A stretch of DNA of 64,000 bases. Source: Octopus bimaculoides. Its lineage: Eukaryota. Every line of letters begins with the position of its first letter. Position 1 is the first letter of the stretch. This document shows positions 62,453 through 64,000 of the stretch, one piece after another. Where the stretch lies: positions 5,049,106 to 5,113,105 of the forward strand of contig NC_068992.1 of NCBI RefSeq assembly GCF_001194135.2. Reading direction: 5' to 3'. Both the position numbers and the translations under genes were made by a program. The notes under the pieces are model-generated. The model had not been told where the DNA came from and did no database searches. It saw only the letters and a program-made list of their open reading frames with translations.

Positions 62453-63699
62453 TACACATACGCACGCGCGAATGCAACCGAACGCACAGCCACTGACGTA
62501 TATACACGTATGTAAATATATGAATGCTGATGCCGGGATGCTAAAATGACTCACTGTTTTTCTTTAAGTAGTTGTCTACCCCGCTGCTTTCCAGAGTAAC
62601 CACAGCATTAATGGTATTTAATCATATATCTTTGTCAGTGTTAACTATATTTGGCCGTCATGTGACGACACCAGATAAAACGAATTAATTTATGAGTTGT
62701 ACCATATGCAAACGAAAGTATATAAAAGTTTCACAGCGTTAAATAGCTTCAAATCTGCATCTAATATATTACGTGTTGCTTTACACTTTATATTACATAA
62801 TCACATTACGAGTGTCGCTTAATGCAGTCTTAAAAGATGAAGCCAACACATAGTCAGCTACTCGATGTAGGAAAAAATATGACAGAGATTCGGGTTATTT
62901 TTTTCTTCATTTGTTTACCTATTTATTTTGTATAATACCTGTAAAATAAGAAAGAAACAAGAAACAACAAGCATAAAAGTAGAGAACGCTGTGTTAATTT
63001 ACAAACTGTATATTCACTCCGCAACGAGAATCGCTTTATTTGATGACATTAACAGAAGCTTTGTCGTATAATTTCGTTACTACACAGAGGTAATTACAAA
63101 TACAGATTAAGTAATAACTTCAATAGAAAACATTTGACTTTACATTGTGTTTATATCATGTTTTATATACAGATAACAACAACGTTAATAGAAACATGAC
63201 TTTAAAGTTTATTTACCCCCGTTAATATATTCACGTATATGAATATATTAAAACATGCTCGATGTTAATTTTTATTCATTTGCAAGTCAATTTTAAAAAG
63301 TTTATATTTGTATAAGTATGTATATAAATAAATAAATAAATATATATATATATATATGTCAAATTTTTTCGCCATGAACGGTTTGTGTTTTTAAACGGAA
63401 TGTATTTTTTCAGATGTTATGTTTGTTCCTGAATGATGTGTAAAGAAATTTTGATTTAAGCCTCTTAATGAATTCTTTATACTGAAATATATATTGAAGA
63501 AGATAAATACGTTCTTTTGAATTTATACGTTTTTGCGTCGTGACTCCTTTATTATTATTAATATAACCAAAAGGATCGATTCTTGAAGAGTCTGCATACC
63601 TTCACTGTCGTTTGTTTCTGCTATTTTGGTGATGATTTTTTAAGTTAGCTTACCAATTATTTTTGTTGGTAGTTAATTTAAAATACATTTAATTTAAAA

Positions 63700-64000
63700 T
63701 ACTACAGCCCCAGACGACTTCAGAATATCCGACAACTCTTCTGGACTGTCTTCTTGAATAAGTTGCTGAATGCTGCCATAATCCTTACATTGAGTTCATT
63801 TTTTGGTGTTACAAGGTGCTTTTTTCGTCACTCGCTCAACCGCACTCAAAACCTAATAATCATAGGGGTTGCAGTCTGGGGAGTTAGATGCCCAGATGAC
63901 ACGGCTGCTTTGGTCACAGATATCGTCTGAAAACTACTACTAGGGTGACCTGTTTCTGTTGCATGGTGCAGATACTTGTTGCCAGACATAGGGAATTCTA
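63700..64000 (-). mobile_element. maT-type (DD37D) Tc1/mariner transposase C-terminal fragment, runs off the window end
   Basis: PYVWQQVSAPC...IWASNSPDCNPYDY*VLSAVER, then NELNVRIMAAFSNLFKKTVQKSCRIF*SRL. There are 37 residues between the second catalytic position (mutated to V) and the last D (hand count). Confidence 0.8.

Noticed and set aside
2096-62554. Most ORFs in the supplied track (poly-HT, YI, CV, F/L/S, X-rich)
   Set aside because: They are translations of microsatellites and N gaps, for example 16780-17143, 27394-27866, 44484-45077 and 61618-62554.
1-64000. Bacterial contamination or horizontally acquired genes
   Set aside because: No long ORFs, operon structure or sustained compositional shift.

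Overview
AT-rich eukaryotic genomic DNA with 14 N-gaps, nearly all bordered by microsatellites, as expected of a short-read scaffold. The dispersed repeats and the density of (CA)n/(TA)n/(GATA)n match what I recognise from Octopus genomes; this is recognition from memory, not a database hit. No complete gene is visible, and almost every ORF in the supplied track is a translated microsatellite or gap. The window reads as a long intron or intergenic region full of decayed mobile elements: seven or eight Tc1/mariner-superfamily remnants (a D34D mariner 3' end, a D37D maT-type fragment, a two-TIR MITE), five R4/Dong-like RLE-type LINE fragments, a Penelope-like RT fragment, a likely RTE remnant and many copies of two tRNA-headed SINE families. 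The least explained features are: a ~1 kb inverted-plus-direct duplication at 11.9-12.9 kb, a GC-rich multi-hairpin island at 46.0-46.1 kb, a few small splice-site-flanked segments (a 10-nt microexon, a phase-compatible plus-strand exon chain, one 96-nt minus-strand exon) and a recursive-splicing-like CAG|GTAAGT site. I cannot support a new biological system from sequence alone; these items are leads.
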